A model generated the notes under the pieces. That model made no database searches and was not told where the DNA came from. It saw only the letters and a program-made list of their open reading frames with translations. The position numbers and the translations under genes are program-made. Of a stretch of 64,000 nt of DNA, positions 60,763 to 64,000 are shown piece by piece. Source of the DNA: an uncultured Elusimicrobia bacterium (GTDB lineage: Bacteria > Elusimicrobiota > Elusimicrobia > 2-01-FULL-59-12); contig OY969767.1 in the NCBI GenBank assembly GCA_963702895.1, forward strand, positions 768,001-832,000. Direction: 5' to 3'. Each line of letters opens with the position of its first letter. The first letter of the stretch is position 1.

Positions 60763-61828
60763 TTCCCTCTTTTCTCTTTTCGCCCTTCTCCCTTCTCTCT
60801 TCGGCACTCCGGCGACGCCTGCGCCCGAGCCGCCCGTGGTCACCGTCTTGTGCTATCACACCTTTGGCTTGTCCCTCGAGACGCCCTATAACGTTTCCAG
60901 CCGTCGTTTCGAGGATCAGATGCGCTACTTGGCCGTGCAAAAAATCCCGGTCATTTCTCTTGCTCAATTCCTGGAACATCAGCAAAACCACACGCCTTTG
61001 CCGGAGCGCTCCGTCCTCATCACCATCGACGATGGCTACAAGACGGCCAAGACGGTCGCCTGGCCGATCCTGAAAAAGTACGGCCACCCCTTTACGCTCT
61101 ATGTCTATCCCCACGCCATCAGCCGATACCCCTCCTCTCTCACCTGGGAGGACCTGCAGGCGATGGCCCAAGAGGGGGTCTCGGTCCAAAGCCATTCCTT
61201 GACACATCCCCTGCTCACCCATCCCGGTCAGCCGATGAGCCGTCCGGCGTACGTCGCTTGGATCGATCGGGAATTAGGCGAATCGAAAGAACTTCTGGAG
61301 TCCCATCTCCATCAGCCGGTGACGTCCCTCGCCTATCCTTACGGTGGTTATGATGAGTTGGTCGTCGAAAGGGCGCAACAGGCCGGCTACCGCACAGCCT
61401 TCACTTGCGTGGATGGCAATATCACAGGTCGTATGGACCCCCTGAAGCTGGCGCGCCGTCTCGTCTTTCGGAAAACGTCTTTGAAAACCTTTGTTCAATA
61501 TTTTCAGCCCAAGCCTATCGAGCTGAGCGACTTGTCGCCTCGGGACGGTGAAAGGACACAGCACATTCCGCAGGAAATCCGCGCCAAAATCCAGAATTTG
61601 CAGGATATCATTCCCGAATCCGCCCAAATCCTCGTAGACAAATTGGGGAAGGATTGGCACGTCGCGCCCATCGATCCTAAAACAGGCGAGATGCGATTTG
61701 TGATGTCTCAGAGCAACCGGACAGGCTACCATTACGTGAGTCTCGTCGCTCGCGACCGCCGCAACCCTTCTTTCCAGCGAGAAGCATCATGGCTTTTTAT
61801 AGTCAAGCAAAACGCATCTAAAAGATAG
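60740..61828 (+). CDS. Polysaccharide deacetylase (CE4/NodB)
   Basis: VLCYH, ITIDDGY, QSHSLTHP, LAYPYG; start codon uncertain (TTG 60740 before a signal-like segment). Confidence 0.88.
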   Translation: MSATTKISSLFSLFALLPSLFGTPATPAPEPPVVTVLCYHTFGLSLETPYNVSSRRFEDQMRYLAVQKIPVISLAQFLEHQQNHTPLPERSVLITIDDGYKTAKTVAWPILKKYGHPFTLYVYPHAISRYPSSLTWEDLQAMAQEGVSVQSHSLTHPLLTHPGQPMSRPAYVAWIDRELGESKELLESHLHQPVTSLAYPYGGYDELVVERAQQAGYRTAFTCVDGNITGRMDPLKLARRLVFRKTSLKTFVQYFQPKPIELSDLSPRDGERTQHIPQEIRAKIQNLQDIIPESAQILVDKLGKDWHVAPIDPKTGEMRFVMSQSNRTGYHYVSLVARDRRNPSFQREASWLFIVKQNASKR

Positions 61829-61837
61829 CAATATTCA

Positions 61838-61862
61838 ATTCTTGATAGATTAAGTCATGTAT
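61838..61862. promoter_or_regulatory. Rrf2/IscR-type box upstream of the rrf2 gene
   Basis: attcttgatagattaagtcatgtat resembles the IscR type-1 site and shares gtcatgtat with the sufB box. Confidence 0.55.
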
Positions 61863-61882
61863 GGTATCCTATTAGCCATCCG

Positions 61883-62350
61883 ATGATGCAAATTAGCTCA
61901 AAGACGGAGTATGGACTTCGCTGCCTCTTGCGCTTGGCCCGAGAAGCAGAAGGCGAAGCCTTGTCCATCACGGAAATCTCCAAGTCCGAACATGTGCCCA
62001 AGCAATTCGCTCAACAGATTTTGCTTCAACTTCGGCGCGCCGGGATCGTGCGGAGCCTCCGCGGCACCGAAGGGGGGTTCGCCCTGGCGGACCAACCCGC
62101 AAGAATCACCTTGGCTCAGATCGTCCGGGTGCTCGAAGGAGCCCCTTTTCAGGACACCTGCGATCATTTCAATAAGCGTGTGGATTGCGGCCACCAGGGA
62201 AGCTGCAGCATCCGGCCCATCTGGCAGATCATCGCCCGCCGGCTTTGGCAGGCGCTGGATCGTATTTCTCTGGCGCAGCTGGTGGCGGATGAGAAGACGG
62301 TCGGCGAGAAACTGGAAATGGATTTGCCTTTTTTGAGGTTCCAAGTATGA
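61883..62350 (+). CDS. Rrf2-family regulator (IscR-like, three Cys)
   Basis: KTEYGLR, VRSLRGTEGGFALA, VLEG, C-x8-C-x5-C. Confidence 0.92.
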   Translation: MMQISSKTEYGLRCLLRLAREAEGEALSITEISKSEHVPKQFAQQILLQLRRAGIVRSLRGTEGGFALADQPARITLAQIVRVLEGAPFQDTCDHFNKRVDCGHQGSCSIRPIWQIIARRLWQALDRISLAQLVADEKTVGEKLEMDLPFLRFQV

Positions 62351-62375
62351 GGTCTCACCCTCCCAACGGATACGA

Positions 62376-63194
62376 ATGAAGACGCAGAATCCCTTTAGCC
62401 GAGCCTCGGTCCTGAGGCTCTCGGAGTCCGTCCAGGAACCTGGCTGGATGGTCGATCTGCGTGTTTCGGCTTGGGAAGCTTATGAGTCGTCCGACGTCCA
62501 ACGTCCGACGTCGATCGGCCTCTCCGCTTACGCTGAGCCCCCGAGCGAGTCTGTTCCCAGCCACCAGTGGCCGCGTGACTTGAAAGACGTCATCGAAGAA
62601 CGCGGGGATGAAGAAGGTCTGATTATCCAGCGTGATGCCACCGTTCTGTCGCGCTCGATGACCAAAGAGCAAGCCAAGCGAGGTGTCTTGTTCATGGATT
62701 TGAATACCGCGGTGCGTGAGGTGCCGGAACTGGTCCAGCGCTACTTGGCCCGTCAATTGGGGAGCGAGGACCCCTTTGCGGCACTCAGCACGGCTTTTTG
62801 GAAGGGGGGGACGTTCCTCTTCGTTCCAGCGCATGTTGAGATTGAGCTCCCTTTTCATACCTGCTACTGGATGACGACTCCTCATGCGGCCGTCTTTCCG
62901 CGCACCTTGCTCATTGCCGAGCGCGGAAGCCAGGTCTCCTTCCTGGATGATTTCTTGTCCTTGGACTGGGACCAAGAGGCTCTGGCGATCAGCGCGGTCG
63001 AACTTTATGTCCAAGAAGTGGCCCGCGTGAACTACCGGCAACTTCATCATTGGGGGCGGGGCGTCCGGCACGAGAACCGGCAGGTGTCGAGCGTCGCACC
63101 CTCGGGGATGCTGGACGCACGCCACACGAAGGAGCCGCGCCCCGCGATGTCGCTGGAGCGGGCCGCTCTGCTCTACCCCGAGGTGCGCGCATGA
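62376..63194 (+). CDS. SufB/SufD-family protein, N-terminal portion only
   Basis: EPGWMVDLR, GVLFMDL..AVRE.PELV, FAALSTA...GTFLFVP, FPRTLLIAE, AVELYV; lacks the C-terminal HG/FYLxSRG region. Confidence 0.75.
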   Translation: MKTQNPFSRASVLRLSESVQEPGWMVDLRVSAWEAYESSDVQRPTSIGLSAYAEPPSESVPSHQWPRDLKDVIEERGDEEGLIIQRDATVLSRSMTKEQAKRGVLFMDLNTAVREVPELVQRYLARQLGSEDPFAALSTAFWKGGTFLFVPAHVEIELPFHTCYWMTTPHAAVFPRTLLIAERGSQVSFLDDFLSLDWDQEALAISAVELYVQEVARVNYRQLHHWGRGVRHENRQVSSVAPSGMLDARHTKEPRPAMSLERAALLYPEVRA

Positions 63195-64000
63195 TCGATC
63201 CCGCGAAGATCCGCCAAGATTTCCCGATCCTCTCGCGAAAAGTGCACGGGAAGCGCCTCGTGTATCTGGATAACGCTGCGACGACGCAGAAGCCGCTCGC
63301 CGTGATCGAAGCGGAAGCCCGTTATTACACGGAATCGAACGCCAACATTCATCGTGGCCTTCACACTTTAAGTGAAGAAGCCACAGCCCAATACGAAGGG
63401 GTACGCCGGAAGATCGCGGCCTGGATTGGCGCGCCCGCGACCGAAAGCATTGTCTTCACGCGCGGCACCACCGAAAGCATCAACCTCGTGGCCCAGAGCT
63501 GGGGGGGAAAATTTCTGAAGGCAGGCGATGAGATCTTGCTGTCAACCGTTGAACATCACTCCAATCTCATTCCCTGGCAGAGGGTGGCACAGGCGACCGG
63601 AGCGAGGCTCCACTTTCTGCCCCTGAGGGCCGATGGGCTCCTCGATTTAGCTTCCGTCGACAAGGCCCTTTCAGGCCGGACGAAGCTCCTCGCCATCACG
63701 GCCATGTCGAATGCTCTAGGGAGTATATTCCCTGTCCAGGAGATCACCCGCAAGGCGCACGCCGCGGGGGCCAAGGTCCTCATCGACGGGGCACAGTCGG
63801 TGCCGCATCTCGAGACACGGGTGGTCGAGCTGGGATGCGATTTTCTCGCCTTTTCCGCGCACAAGATGCTTGGCCCCACCGGGGTGGGCGTGCTTTACGG
63901 GCGTCCTGAACTTCTGGATGCCATGGATCCTTATCAGGGTGGTGGGGACATGATCCTGGAAGTGTGGCGTGAGCGAGCCAGCTGGAATGAGCTTCCTTGG
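63191..64000 (+). CDS. sufS: Cysteine desulfurase SufS (3'-truncated by the window edge)
   Basis: MIDPAKIRQDFPIL, VYLDNAATTQKP, NANIHRG, FTRGTTE, EHHSN, DGAQ, AFSAHKMLGPTG. Confidence 0.95.
   Translation, partial: MIDPAKIRQDFPILSRKVHGKRLVYLDNAATTQKPLAVIEAEARYYTESNANIHRGLHTLSEEATAQYEGVRRKIAAWIGAPATESIVFTRGTTESINLVAQSWGGKFLKAGDEILLSTVEHHSNLIPWQRVAQATGARLHFLPLRADGLLDLASVDKALSGRTKLLAITAMSNALGSIFPVQEITRKAHAAGAKVLIDGAQSVPHLETRVVELGCDFLAFSAHKMLGPTGVGVLYGRPELLDAMDPYQGGGDMILEVWRERASWNELPW

Overview
GC-rich bacterial chromosome segment; Elusimicrobiota/Omnitrophota-like is an inference from the style of the giant genes, not demonstrated. The first 40 kb holds four co-oriented giant modular genes (>6,890 aa and open at the left edge, about 2,980, 1,529 and about 1,690 aa). 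They string together RHS/YD-like repeats, a lytic transglycosylase, a region with the ordered motifs of eukaryotic FKS1/callose synthase (GT48), a Tat-like motif followed by a clan GH-A barrel, and normally cytoplasmic carbohydrate enzymes (two GT5/GT35-like domains, UDPGP-like, HIT phosphorylase-like, tandem class V FBP aldolase/phosphatase). These cargo domains are separated by recurring membrane-hairpin/HExxH-type linkers, one of which is near-identical at DNA level in three places. The remainder contains a complete IS256 with TIRs and a 9-bp TSD, an AbiE toxin-antitoxin pair and a four-helix-bundle gene between related repeats, mazG, smpB, four tRNAs, asmA, dnaX-recR, nfuA, two suf clusters, an IS1380-family transposase, PilZ and polysaccharide deacetylase genes. 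Two of the tRNAs (Leu-CAG, Ala-CGC) are nested inside decayed copies of themselves that were disrupted by a 52-65-bp double-hairpin element with 2-bp target duplications. All domain calls were made by eye from remembered motifs and need HMM or structure confirmation.
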